From positions 1 through 59,881 of the forward strand of contig CAZTHE010000007.1 in NCBI GenBank assembly GCA_964613495.1: a stretch of 59,881 nucleotides of DNA, written 5' to 3'. The notes beneath the pieces were generated by a model. That model saw only the letters and a list, made by a program, of their open reading frames with translations. It ran no database searches and was not told where the DNA came from. Made by a program: the position numbers and the translations under genes. Positions 1 through 8,606 of the stretch are shown here, one piece after another; within the stretch, counting starts at the first letter, position 1, and each line of letters begins with the position of its first letter. The DNA comes from an uncultured Acidobacteriota bacterium (GTDB lineage Bacteria > Acidobacteriota > UBA6911).

Positions 1-1
1 G

Positions 2-1162
2 CCGTTCGCCGGCATCAACGGTTCGGGCAAGCACCTGAACTGGTCCCTGGGCACGCGGTCGGAGAACCTGCTGGAGCCGGGCACGACGCCGCACAGCAAC
101 ATGCAGTTTCTGGTCTTCTGCGCCGCGGCGATCCGCGCCGTGCATCTGCACGGCGACCTGCTGCGGGCCACCGTGGCGCACTCGGGCAACGACCACCGCC
201 TCGGCGCCAACGAAGCGCCGCCGGCCATCATCTCGGTCTACCTGGGCGAACAGCTGACCGACATTTTCGAGCAGATCGGCAACGGCGGCGCGTGCCGGTC
301 CAAGCAGCCCGGGTACCTGCATGTCGGGGTGGACACGCTTCCGGACTTCCCGAAGGACGCGGGCGACCGCAACCGGACCAGCCCGTTCGCCTTCACGGGG
401 AACAAGTTCGAATTCCGGGCCGTCGGCTCGAGCCAGTCCGTTTCGGGGCCGCTGACCGCGCTGAACACGATCATGGCGGATTCCCTCGACTCCATCGCCA
501 CGGAGCTGGAGGCGCGGACCGGGGGGGACGCCGGGAAACTGAACAAGGCGGTCCAGGACGTGCTGCAGCAGATCGTGCGGAGTCACGGCGCGATCATCTA
601 CAACGGCGACAACTACGTCGAGGCCTGGCAGGTCGAGGCGGAGAAGCGCGGGCTGCCCAACCTTCGCAATACGGTGGACGCGCTGCCGGCGCTGGTCAGC
701 GAAAAGAACATCTCCCTCATGGGGAAGTACAACGTGCTGTCGCGGCGCGAGATGGAGAGCCGCTGCGAGATCTACCTGGAGCGGTACGTCAAGGACGTGG
801 CGGTGGAGAGCCGGCTGACGCTCGAGATCGCCAGGACGATCATCTTCCCGATGTCCATCCAATACCAGTGCCAGCTGGCAACCACGGCGGTGGCGCTCAA
901 GCAGCTGGGCAAGACGTACTGCACGACCGTGCTCGACGAATTGAACGAACTGGTGCGCGACCTGCAGGACGCGATGCAGGCCCTGGCGAAGGCGACCGGG
1001 AGCCACGCGAGCGGCTCGACGCTCGACCACGCCAGGCACGCGCGCGACAAGATCGTCCCGGCCATGGCGGCCGTGCGCGACGTGGCGGACAAACTGGAAG
1101 GCATCGTTTCCGACGAGGCGTGGACGCTGCCCACCTACCAGGAGATGCTCTTCATCAAATAG
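2..1162 (+). CDS. glnN: glutamine synthetase, type III, C-terminal ~386 aa (5' end outside window)
   Basis: The frame is open from nt 2. It reads [17 protein letters not shown] (GS catalytic NGSGxHxNxS motif) and later [24 protein letters not shown]. The long C-terminal extension is typical of type III GS. The Met at 101 in the ORF track is internal. Confidence 0.8.
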   Translation, partial: PFAGINGSGKHLNWSLGTRSENLLEPGTTPHSNMQFLVFCAAAIRAVHLHGDLLRATVAHSGNDHRLGANEAPPAIISVYLGEQLTDIFEQIGNGGACRSKQPGYLHVGVDTLPDFPKDAGDRNRTSPFAFTGNKFEFRAVGSSQSVSGPLTALNTIMADSLDSIATELEARTGGDAGKLNKAVQDVLQQIVRSHGAIIYNGDNYVEAWQVEAEKRGLPNLRNTVDALPALVSEKNISLMGKYNVLSRREMESRCEIYLERYVKDVAVESRLTLEIARTIIFPMSIQYQCQLATTAVALKQLGKTYCTTVLDELNELVRDLQDAMQALAKATGSHASGSTLDHARHARDKIVPAMAAVRDVADKLEGIVSDEAWTLPTYQEMLFIK

Positions 1163-1194
1163 CCCCCCTCGTTCGATATACGGGCAGGCCGGCC

Positions 1195-1221
1195 AGGGGG
1201 GACGGGATCACCCCGTCCCCC
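1195..1221. terminator. GC-rich hairpin between convergent genes (possible bidirectional terminator)
   Basis: GGGGGACGGG-atca-CCCCGTCCCCC, a 9-10 bp stem, followed by gtttctcc on the + strand. It overlaps the stop codon of the minus-strand gene. Confidence 0.3.
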
Positions 1222-2014
1222 GTTTCTCCCACTCCCGGACGGCCACGACGACGCCCGCGGCGATGCGTCCCGGGCGCTCGGCGATCCCCACGATGTTCGA
1301 TTCCGATCCGCGAGGATCCACTTCGATGACCTTGGTTTTCCGGGCTACGCTCACACCGTCGTGTGTCAGGCCGCGGAGGATGCCGGCGATGGGAGCGCGC
1401 AGGGAAACGCCGTCGATGAAGGCGATCTCCTGCCCTTCCGACACCATGTCCCCGATGCGCAGGGCCGTGCGGAAGACGCCGGCGGCCGGTGCGTAGACGT
1501 ACCGGTCTCGCGCGTGGCCCGCGATCGTCTGCGGCTCGCCCTCCAGCGGGCGCGTGGCTCCCCGCCACAGGACCTTCCCGAGATCCTCGTTCCATCCCGT
1601 CTCGACCGCCGCGTGCACGGTTGCGCCCGCCGTGAAGTTGGGTCCCAGCCCGACGGTCAACGGGGCCAGAGTAATCTGGGCCTCGGGCCGTTCGTGCTTG
1701 CGCATCCGCGCATCCACGAGCACCTCGGGCCTCAGGGCGAAAAGCACGGCCGGCAGGTCCAGCGTGGTGACCGCGACCGCGTCCCGGACCGTCAGGATCG
1801 CGGCCAGATCGCCGGCGTCTCTCGCCAGCCGGGCGGAGATGCCCGCAAGGGACGCGGACCCGTCGAAGATCGCGTCGCAGAAAGCCATCCTGCGCCGCGT
1901 GGCGGCGGGCGCCGGGGAGTCGTGGATCGCGACGGCGTAGCCGGCCTTATATAACGCATGTGCGGCCGCAGAGCCCACGTCGCCGCTGCCGCGCACCAGA
2001 ATCCGAATCTTCAT
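1208..2014 (-). CDS. YqeB-family (selenium-dependent molybdenum hydroxylase system) accessory-like protein
   Basis: 268 aa with an N-terminal Rossmann-like MKIRILVRGSGDVGSAAAHALYKAGYAV. Size and overall pattern resemble the short YqeB family. The assignment is from memory of the family and was not searched. Confidence 0.5.
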   Translation of the reverse strand: MKIRILVRGSGDVGSAAAHALYKAGYAVAIHDSPAPAATRRRMAFCDAIFDGSASLAGISARLARDAGDLAAILTVRDAVAVTTLDLPAVLFALRPEVLVDARMRKHERPEAQITLAPLTVGLGPNFTAGATVHAAVETGWNEDLGKVLWRGATRPLEGEPQTIAGHARDRYVYAPAAGVFRTALRIGDMVSEGQEIAFIDGVSLRAPIAGILRGLTHDGVSVARKTKVIEVDPRGSESNIVGIAERPGRIAAGVVVAVREWEKRGTG

Positions 2015-2095
2015 GGGAGGATGGTACCAGCGTCCGGCCCCGATGAAAAGACGCCGTGCGGTCGGGAGCGATTCCGGGTTTCCAAAGCCGGGGGA

Positions 2096-2992
2096 TTATT
2101 CCAGCGAGCCGTCGAGACGCAGCAGCATGTCGAGCACGAGCCGGTATTCCAGTTCGATCGCGGCCGGCTCGATCCGGCCGAGGTTGTCCTCGGGCGTGTG
2201 TATGATCTTGAATACGGGGGGGACGAATCCCTCCCGCAGGCCCGACTGGGCCCCTCCGTTCAGCAACAGCCACGTTTGGATGGTCGTCAGGCGTGGGAAA
2301 AATCCGAGGGAAACGACCGGGATGCCGGCATTCTGGAAGCTGCGGTCGTCGCTGGACGGGTAGTTGGGCGAATCGAGGCAGGTCAGGAGTTGCTCGGCGC
2401 AGGACGCCAGCAGCGCCTTGCGGATCGCGGCGGAATTCCCGGACTTGCCCGTTCCGTATCCCAGCGAGTCTCCGAAACCGGCGATATCCAGGATGACGGC
2501 GGCCGCAATATCGGATTTGCCGGCTGCGACATAAGCCTGCGAGCCGGCGAAACCCGTTTCCTCCATGTCGAAGAAAACGATGCGCACCCGGTGGCGCAGG
2601 TCCGTCCCCCGGAGCGCCTCGGCGATCCTCACGAGAATGATCGTGGAGGCTCCGTTGTCGATCATGCCGTCCACGAGGCCGCCCTCCGGCAATTCCAGGG
2701 CATCGTAGTGAGCCCCGAGCGTGATTTCGCGGCCTCCGGTTCCGAACGTTACGATCAGATTGGTGCCTCGTGTGCGGCCGTGCGGGGTCGCGGCGGAGGA
2801 GAACGTCTGGCGCTCGTAGGGGATGCCCCTGGCCTCGAGCATCTTTTCCAGGGCCCGGAGGCGCGCAGGGTTGGTGGCCTGTTTCAGGGACGCCAGGTCC
2901 CGCAGCGGTTCCGCCACGGCGTTCTCTGCGCCCCGCGCCGGTGGCGCGCAAAACAGGAGAATGAAAAACGGGAACGCAAGGGAACGCATCAT
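2096..2992 (-). CDS. M28 family metallopeptidase (secreted aminopeptidase-like)
   Basis: Motifs GAHYDALE, DNGASTIILVRIAEAL and FFDMEETGFAGSQAYV. The start is moved to MMRSLAFPFFILLFCAPPARG, which gives a signal peptide. The ORF-track start at 3085 is probably too long. Confidence 0.75.
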   Translation of the reverse strand: MMRSLAFPFFILLFCAPPARGAENAVAEPLRDLASLKQATNPARLRALEKMLEARGIPYERQTFSSAATPHGRTRGTNLIVTFGTGGREITLGAHYDALELPEGGLVDGMIDNGASTIILVRIAEALRGTDLRHRVRIVFFDMEETGFAGSQAYVAAGKSDIAAAVILDIAGFGDSLGYGTGKSGNSAAIRKALLASCAEQLLTCLDSPNYPSSDDRSFQNAGIPVVSLGFFPRLTTIQTWLLLNGGAQSGLREGFVPPVFKIIHTPEDNLGRIEPAAIELEYRLVLDMLLRLDGSLE

Positions 2993-3342
2993 AGGCTTTA
3001 TTCCATCCCTCAAGGGATTTACAGGCTTCAAATTCCGCAATTGTTCCATCCATGCCCGTCCGGGCCGTCCTGCGGGAACCTTCATGAATCAGGCGGATCA
3101 ACCGATTTCAGGGGGTGCGGCACCCGACCCGCCTTTCCCGCCGTCCCTGCAGCGACGGACCGCCCAGGAGGCAACGCTTGTATTGCCCCTGCGGCGTCGC
3201 GCACTATCGAGTGCGCATGCGGGGCTTTCGGTTGCGCGCCTTGCATCCATGCCCCATCCAAAGCCGCTTTGCCGCAAGATCCGGCGGGAAATGCGGGTCA
3301 ACGTGTTCGCGTAATATTGGATGCGTCGGATGCCCGAAGGGT

Positions 3343-4035
3343 TCACGGTTTTTTCGCGGGAACCGTCCACCCGGATTCGGCTGCGCCGCATTCGGCCCGG
3401 AGCAGCCCCGCGAAACGGGCGGCCGCCGCCTCGAGATCATCGGCGGGATCCGATGCGGGGGCATAGACGACGGCCGCCACACTGCGCGTGGACTCCCGGA
3501 TCTTGGTGGCCAGAGCGTCTTTGACGGGATTGCCGCAGGGAGCCCACGCGCCTTCCCACATGCAGCAGACGCAGAGCAGGTCCGCGATGTCAATGCCCTG
3601 TCCCGACGGGTTGAAGATGTACGATTCGCCGGCCTCGCCCCTGCGCAGGAGCAGCCGCGGGCCGCAAAGGTCCAGGTCGAAGATGCTGGCGGGATACCCC
3701 CACTCCAGGCTGACGGCGTTGTTGGCGTCGACCGGGGGATTGACCAGCGGGAACGCTCCCTCCAAAGCAGCCGCGAGCAGGTATTCGCTGGAAGGCTTGC
3801 CGCGTCCCGACGGTTTGTAGGAGCCGAACCGGAGCATATCCCGCACGGCAGCAGTGCGTTCCGGCGATAAAAACCCCTTGCCGGCGGCGCGCACCCGCGC
3901 CAGCAGCCCGGCCAGGTAAGCCGGGGCCGCGCCGGTCTTCGGGCAGCCGGGGAGGTCCACGGCCCAAACCAGGGCCGCGCGCACGGGCCGGGGCTGCAAC
4001 GCCGGGTCAAAGTCAAGGGAAGGAACGGTGTTCAT
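3343..4035 (-). CDS. B3/B4 domain-containing protein (PheRS beta-subunit B3/B4-like)
   Basis: 230 aa. The pattern YKPSGRGKPSSEYLL ... VNPPVDANNAVSL is typical of the B3_4 domain. GAGG lies 6 nt upstream of the ATG. Confidence 0.55.
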   Translation of the reverse strand: MNTVPSLDFDPALQPRPVRAALVWAVDLPGCPKTGAAPAYLAGLLARVRAAGKGFLSPERTAAVRDMLRFGSYKPSGRGKPSSEYLLAAALEGAFPLVNPPVDANNAVSLEWGYPASIFDLDLCGPRLLLRRGEAGESYIFNPSGQGIDIADLLCVCCMWEGAWAPCGNPVKDALATKIRESTRSVAAVVYAPASDPADDLEAAAARFAGLLRAECGAAESGWTVPAKKP

Positions 4036-4316
4036 GGGAACCTCGCAGAGCCGGATTATACCCTACGGATCTTTGCATGCCGCAGGCGAAAATCCAGCGG
4101 CCGAAACGGTTGGATTCCCGATTATTCATATATGTAATAATTTTATTTGAAAATTACAATTATGTAGAAAGGAGACGCTTTTCGACCCGCGCGACCCCCG
4201 GGACGGGACCGGACGGGCGCCGGCAAGGGACTGCGGATTATCCGTGCCAACGGGAACCGAATCGTAGGATAATGGTTCCACATAGATTCGGCAGTATTTT
4301 TCTCATGGGAGGAAGT

Positions 4317-5453
4317 GTGAAAAATCACGCATCACGCAGAGAGTTTCTGCAGGCGGGCCTCGCCCTGCCTGCCGCGGGACTGGTCTCCACCTTCAAGCCG
4401 GAAGCCGCCCCCCGGCTCAAGAGCGGGACCGGCGCCTATCGCGTCCTGGGCAACACCGGATTGAAGGTTTCGGCCGTCGGCTCCGGTGTGGGGATTACCC
4501 CGGATCCGGCCGTCATCGCGCGCGCCATCGAGCTGGGCGTCAATTATTTCGACACGGCCAGGGGCTACGGCGAGGGAAACAGCGAGAGGATCACGGGCGC
4601 GGCGCTGCGGGGAAAGAGGAGCGGCGTCGTCCTGGCGAGCAAGACCGACGCGCGGACGCGTGCGGACGTGATCCGGGACATCGACGCCAGCCTGAAGGCG
4701 CTCCAGACCGATTACCTGGATATCTGGCACCTGCACTCCCGCGACACGCCGGACACGATTACGGATGAGGCGGTCGAGGCATGCGAGCTGCTCAAAAAGC
4801 AGGGCAAGACGCGCTTTATCGGCGTAAGCGCGCACGACATCAACGCCGTCGCGGACACGATCCTGAAAATCGGCAAATTCGACGTCGTCCAGACGACCTA
4901 CAGCTATGCCGTCAACGCCCCTTTCCGGCAGGCCGCGGTTTCAAAGCTGCACGACGCCGGCATCGGGATCGTGGCGATGAAGGTGATCATCGCCGTGGCC
5001 GGCTTCGTCCCCAGGGAAATCAAGCTGCCGCCCGAGGGGCCGCTGGCGGCCGTCAAGTGGGTGCTGCTCAATCCGGCGATTTCCACCACGGTCCCGTACG
5101 CGAAGAGCGTGGCGGAACTCGAAATGAACGTCCGGGCGATGACGGAGGCCTATACGCCCCTGGACGAAAAGATGCTGTATACGAGAAGCCGCGACATCCG
5201 TCCCTATTACTGCCGCATGTGCTACGAGTGCCGCGGGAAGTGCCCGCAGGGCCTGCCCGTCGCGGATATGCTCCGGTACCTGGCCTACAACGACTTCGGC
5301 TGCAACCGGGCGCAGGCGCGAGACAATTTCGCGAGGCTGCCGGAAGAAATCCGCCGCGTGCGGTGCGGCGACTGCTCCTCCTGCGCGATCCGCTGCCCGA
5401 ACGGCGTCGACGTGCGGCAGCGCCTCATTCGAGCCCAGGAGCTGCTGGCCTGA
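4317..5453 (+). CDS. aldo/keto reductase with Tat signal and C-terminal 2x[4Fe-4S] ferredoxin-like domain
   Basis: A GTG at 4317 follows GGGAGGAAG and gives (M)KNHASRREFLQAGLALPAAG, a twin-arginine signal. The AKR core has GVNYFDTARGYGEGNSE. The C-terminus has CRMCYECRGKCP and CGDCSSCAIRCP. The ORF-track start at 4077 lies in an AT-rich non-coding stretch. Confidence 0.75.
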   Translation: MKNHASRREFLQAGLALPAAGLVSTFKPEAAPRLKSGTGAYRVLGNTGLKVSAVGSGVGITPDPAVIARAIELGVNYFDTARGYGEGNSERITGAALRGKRSGVVLASKTDARTRADVIRDIDASLKALQTDYLDIWHLHSRDTPDTITDEAVEACELLKKQGKTRFIGVSAHDINAVADTILKIGKFDVVQTTYSYAVNAPFRQAAVSKLHDAGIGIVAMKVIIAVAGFVPREIKLPPEGPLAAVKWVLLNPAISTTVPYAKSVAELEMNVRAMTEAYTPLDEKMLYTRSRDIRPYYCRMCYECRGKCPQGLPVADMLRYLAYNDFGCNRAQARDNFARLPEEIRRVRCGDCSSCAIRCPNGVDVRQRLIRAQELLA

Positions 5454-5565
5454 CGGGAATTTCGGGGTCGCGGCGCCGGTCACCCGATTTGCAGTCCGGG
5501 ATTGTAGAAGCTTCCGGCGAATTGTATGCTTCTTACAACAGCCTCCATCGAAAGGAGGTTCGGTC

Positions 5566-5991
5566 ATGACGCCTGGTGAAATTTCCGAGTTTTTCAGCCG
5601 GAGGGATGCCGTATGGAACCGGCACGATTTTGAGGCGCTCGCGGCGGACCACGCGGAGGACGGGGAGGTCGAAAGCCCTCTCGGGGGCACGGTAAAGGGA
5701 AGGCCCGCGATCCAGAACATCTATCGGGAATGGTTCGCCTCCTTTCCCGACGTGGAATGCCGCACCGAGTACCTTCTCGTCGACGGGGACCGGGCCGTAC
5801 AGATCGTAAAGATGCTCGGTACCCAGAAAGGGGATTTCTGCGGCCTGGCCCCTACCGGGAGGCGGTTCGAGGTCCGCTGCGTATTTTTCTTTTTTATCGC
5901 CGGAGACAAAATCGCCCGGGAGATACGGATCTATGATTTCACGGGCCTGCTCCTGCGGCTCGGCGTTTTGAAGGCGAAGCCGGCATTTTAG
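5566..5991 (+). CDS. SnoaL-like / NTF2-fold ester cyclase family protein
   Basis: 141 aa with an RBS AAGGAGG upstream. The pattern WNRHDFEALAADHAEDGEVESPLGGTVKGRPAIQNIYREWFASFPD is typical of SnoaL-like polyketide-cyclase-fold proteins. Confidence 0.6.
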   Translation: MTPGEISEFFSRRDAVWNRHDFEALAADHAEDGEVESPLGGTVKGRPAIQNIYREWFASFPDVECRTEYLLVDGDRAVQIVKMLGTQKGDFCGLAPTGRRFEVRCVFFFFIAGDKIAREIRIYDFTGLLLRLGVLKAKPAF

Positions 5992-6090
5992 GCGGCTGAG
6001 TGCGGTGGCCCCCGGAGTGCTCATCGGTGCATTTTTGCCGACGCCGGCGGCGGTTCTTGATGAACTCTTTTTATCCAAAGGAGATGGGCT

Positions 6091-6429
6091 ATGAAAGCGG
6101 AGATTCGCGTCATCAGAGACATTACGATCCTGGACTGCAGCGGGAAGATCACGCTGGGCGAGGAGACAATGATGCTCCGGAACACGGTGACCGACGTCCT
6201 GCAGAAGGGCGCCCGGAAAATCCTGTTCAATCTTTCCGGGGTCACCTACATCGACAGCGCCGGCGTCGGTGAACTGGTGCGCTCCTACGTCACCGGGCAG
6301 AACGCGGGGGCCCAGATCAAGCTTCTCGGCCTGACCGGGAAGCTCCGGGAAGTGCTCGTCATAACGAAAATCATCACCATTTTCGAAGTGTTCGACAACG
6401 AGACTGCCGCCGTGCTCAGCTTTGCGTAG
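6091..6429 (+). CDS. STAS domain anti-sigma-factor antagonist (SpoIIAA/RsbV-like)
   Basis: 112 aa with an RBS AAGGAG upstream. It has the typical LDCSGKITLGEE ... LSGVTYIDSAGVGELV motif, including the conserved Ser. Confidence 0.8.
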   Translation: MKAEIRVIRDITILDCSGKITLGEETMMLRNTVTDVLQKGARKILFNLSGVTYIDSAGVGELVRSYVTGQNAGAQIKLLGLTGKLREVLVITKIITIFEVFDNETAAVLSFA

Positions 6430-6544
6430 CCGGCCGCGGCGTCCCGGGTCCTCCGCCGGAACCGCCCGGGGCGGGAAGTGTGTTTTTCCGCGAAGTCTCC
6501 AGCGTCAAACGGTTGCCACAGGCCGCAGTACGGGGTGTCCGGGC

Positions 6545-8575
6545 ATGGACGGCACTTACTTCATAATGCTCGCAGGATTCGGGGCCGCCGAGGAGAAGCT
6601 CGCCTTGCGCCATTTTACGCAGGCGGGACACCGCGTATCGACGGCGAAAGGCGTTGCGGAGGCGGAGGAGACGCTTCGGAACCGGAGTATCGATCTGGTC
6701 TATCTGCACCCGTCGGCCGAAGATGCGGCCCTCCGCGAATTGGAGACGATCTCCCGGCGGTATCCGTCCCTGCCCGTCGTGCTGGCATGCCCGCAGAATG
6801 CCCGGGGCCTCGTCCTGGATGCGTGGCACGCGGGCGCGGCGGACATCCTTTTTCTTCCGCTGTCGCCGGAGTCGCTCGACGCCAGCCTGCGGCGCGGCGC
6901 CCGCCTGGTCCCCGGCCGGGGAGCCGAACAGGCGCCCGGCGTCCAGGCGCGTTTTTTCCACATCGACGAAGCCGGGAATGAATGCCATTCTGTCATTTTC
7001 CCCCCGAGGTTCACCATAGGCCGGCTCCACGACAACGACCTGATCCTGAGTCCCGTTCAAGTGTCGCGGCACCACGCGGAAGTGCTGGTCCAGGACGGGG
7101 AATACCTGCTGCGCGATATGAGCACTCAGGGGACATACGTCAACGGGACCCGGATCAAGCAAACCAGGCTTGCGAACGGCGACCGGGTGCAATTGGGAGG
7201 CCCGCACGGGCCCGTCCTGGTGTTCCATTCGGGAGATCTCCTCCAGTCGCTTCTGGGCATCTCGGATCCCAAATCGGAAATCAGCCTGAGCCTGCGCGGA
7301 TTCAAGGAAGTGGGGATGCTGTTTGCGACCCTCCGGGCGTTGAGCTCGACGCCGGTGTTGGACGACCTGCTCACGCTCGTGGTGGATACCGCCATCGAAA
7401 TGACGGGGGCCGAGCGCGGCTTCATCATGCTCAAGGAGAAGGGCGGGGAGCTCGAGTTCCGCTGCGCGCGGGACAACCGGAAATTCACGCTGGACGGATC
7501 GGTCTTTCAGACCAGCCGGCGTGTCCCCCACGAAGTCTTCAAAACCGGCCAGCCCGTGGTCATCAAGGACCTGGACCTGGGAGACGAGTTGGAGTCGCAC
7601 AGCGCCACGCGGAAACTCGGGTTGCGCAGCATCTCGTGCGTTCCCCTCCGGTATTTCACGATGCACGATTCGGACAACCTGTCCCGGTCCGAGCACGCCG
7701 AGACGATCGGCGTGCTCTACGTGGACAGTTCCTCCGTCGGCACCGGGTCGTCCGATATGCGCGTCGACGCGCTCCGCACGCTCGCCACCGAAGCGGCGAT
7801 GGCGGTCTACAACGCCCGGTTGTACAAGGACTCCCAGGACAAGCGGAGGATGCAGGAGCAGCTTGCCGTTTCGCACGAGATCCAGCAGGCGCTGCTCCCG
7901 GACCCGAACATCGAACTGCCTTACGCCCGCGCCTGCAGCCAGAGCATCCCGTGTTACGAAGTGGGAGGCGATTACTTCGACTACTTCAACCAGGAAGGCG
8001 GCCGCTTCGGGTTCGCCCTCGGGGACGTGGCGGGGAAAGGGATGCCTGCGGCGCTGCTGGCGTCGCTCATACAGGGTCTCCTTTCCGCACAGCGGCTTTT
8101 CGAGATTCCCCTGCCGGTCTCGATTTCCAACGTCAACCGGATTCTGGCCAAGCGGGGGACCGGCAACCGCTTCATGACCTTCTTTTTCGGCATCCTGGAT
8201 CCCGAGGGGAACTGCACGTACGTAAACGCCGGGCACAATCCCCCCGTCCTGCTCGGCCGGGACGGGTCCATGAAGGAGCTGACGGCCGGCGGCATGGTCA
8301 TGGGCCTTTTTGCGGAAGCGCAGTACGAAGCCGGAAGCGTCAGGCTGGAGCCGGGCGACCACCTGGTGCTGTTCACCGACGGGATCCTGGAGGCCCGCAA
8401 CGTTGCCGACGAGGAATTCGGCGCCGGGCGCCTTTCGGCGCTGCTCCTGGAACGCTGCCGGGCGTCGACCGGTGAAATCCTGGAAAGCCTGCGAGATGCA
8501 GTCCTGACCTTTGCCGCCGACGCGCCGCAGCACGACGACATCACCCTGATGGTCGTGGGATATAGGGAAATCTGA
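6545..8575 (+). CDS. multidomain PP2C (SpoIIE/RsbU-type) serine phosphatase: degenerate receiver-like N-terminus, FHA, GAF, PP2C
   Basis: FHA: RFTIGRLHDNDLILSPVQVSRHHAEV...GTYVNG. GAF: LVVDTAIEMTGAERGFIML. PP2C: GGDYFDYF, GDVAGKGMPAALLAS, FTDGILEA, DDITLMVV. The start is set at MDGTYFIML (6545). Confidence 0.8.
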   Translation: MDGTYFIMLAGFGAAEEKLALRHFTQAGHRVSTAKGVAEAEETLRNRSIDLVYLHPSAEDAALRELETISRRYPSLPVVLACPQNARGLVLDAWHAGAADILFLPLSPESLDASLRRGARLVPGRGAEQAPGVQARFFHIDEAGNECHSVIFPPRFTIGRLHDNDLILSPVQVSRHHAEVLVQDGEYLLRDMSTQGTYVNGTRIKQTRLANGDRVQLGGPHGPVLVFHSGDLLQSLLGISDPKSEISLSLRGFKEVGMLFATLRALSSTPVLDDLLTLVVDTAIEMTGAERGFIMLKEKGGELEFRCARDNRKFTLDGSVFQTSRRVPHEVFKTGQPVVIKDLDLGDELESHSATRKLGLRSISCVPLRYFTMHDSDNLSRSEHAETIGVLYVDSSSVGTGSSDMRVDALRTLATEAAMAVYNARLYKDSQDKRRMQEQLAVSHEIQQALLPDPNIELPYARACSQSIPCYEVGGDYFDYFNQEGGRFGFALGDVAGKGMPAALLASLIQGLLSAQRLFEIPLPVSISNVNRILAKRGTGNRFMTFFFGILDPEGNCTYVNAGHNPPVLLGRDGSMKELTAGGMVMGLFAEAQYEAGSVRLEPGDHLVLFTDGILEARNVADEEFGAGRLSALLLERCRASTGEILESLRDAVLTFAADAPQHDDITLMVVGYREI

Positions 8576-8590
8576 TTCCAGATTCCAGAC
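8566..8590. repeat. heptamer-repeat locus 1 (GGAAATCT then 2x GATTCCA, inverted)
   Basis: GGGAAATCTGATTCCAGATTCCAGAC spans the stop codon of the phosphatase gene. Confidence 0.7.
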
Positions 8591-8606
8591 AAAACCGCAA
8601 CCGCAC

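Noticed and set aside
292-1329. 345-aa ORF in an alternative plus frame over the glutamine synthetase gene
   Set aside because: It is an out-of-frame overlap with a strongly supported GS frame, and its composition is Arg/Gly/Pro-rich.
4077-4316. Long N-terminal extensions in the ORF track (also 6422-6544, 16607-16924, 27381-27443, 32514-32762, 36977-37273, 39918-40046, 43490-43852, 45547-45696, 53686-53724)
   Set aside because: These extensions run through AT-rich or repeat-containing intergenic DNA or through the preceding gene. In each case an internal start with an RBS and a sensible N-terminus (signal peptide or conserved family start) is available.
6416-8533. 705-aa ORF on the minus strand
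   Set aside because: It is antisense to the FHA-GAF-PP2C phosphatase gene, which has strong motifs. This is a low-complexity Arg/Gly/Pro-rich shadow ORF.
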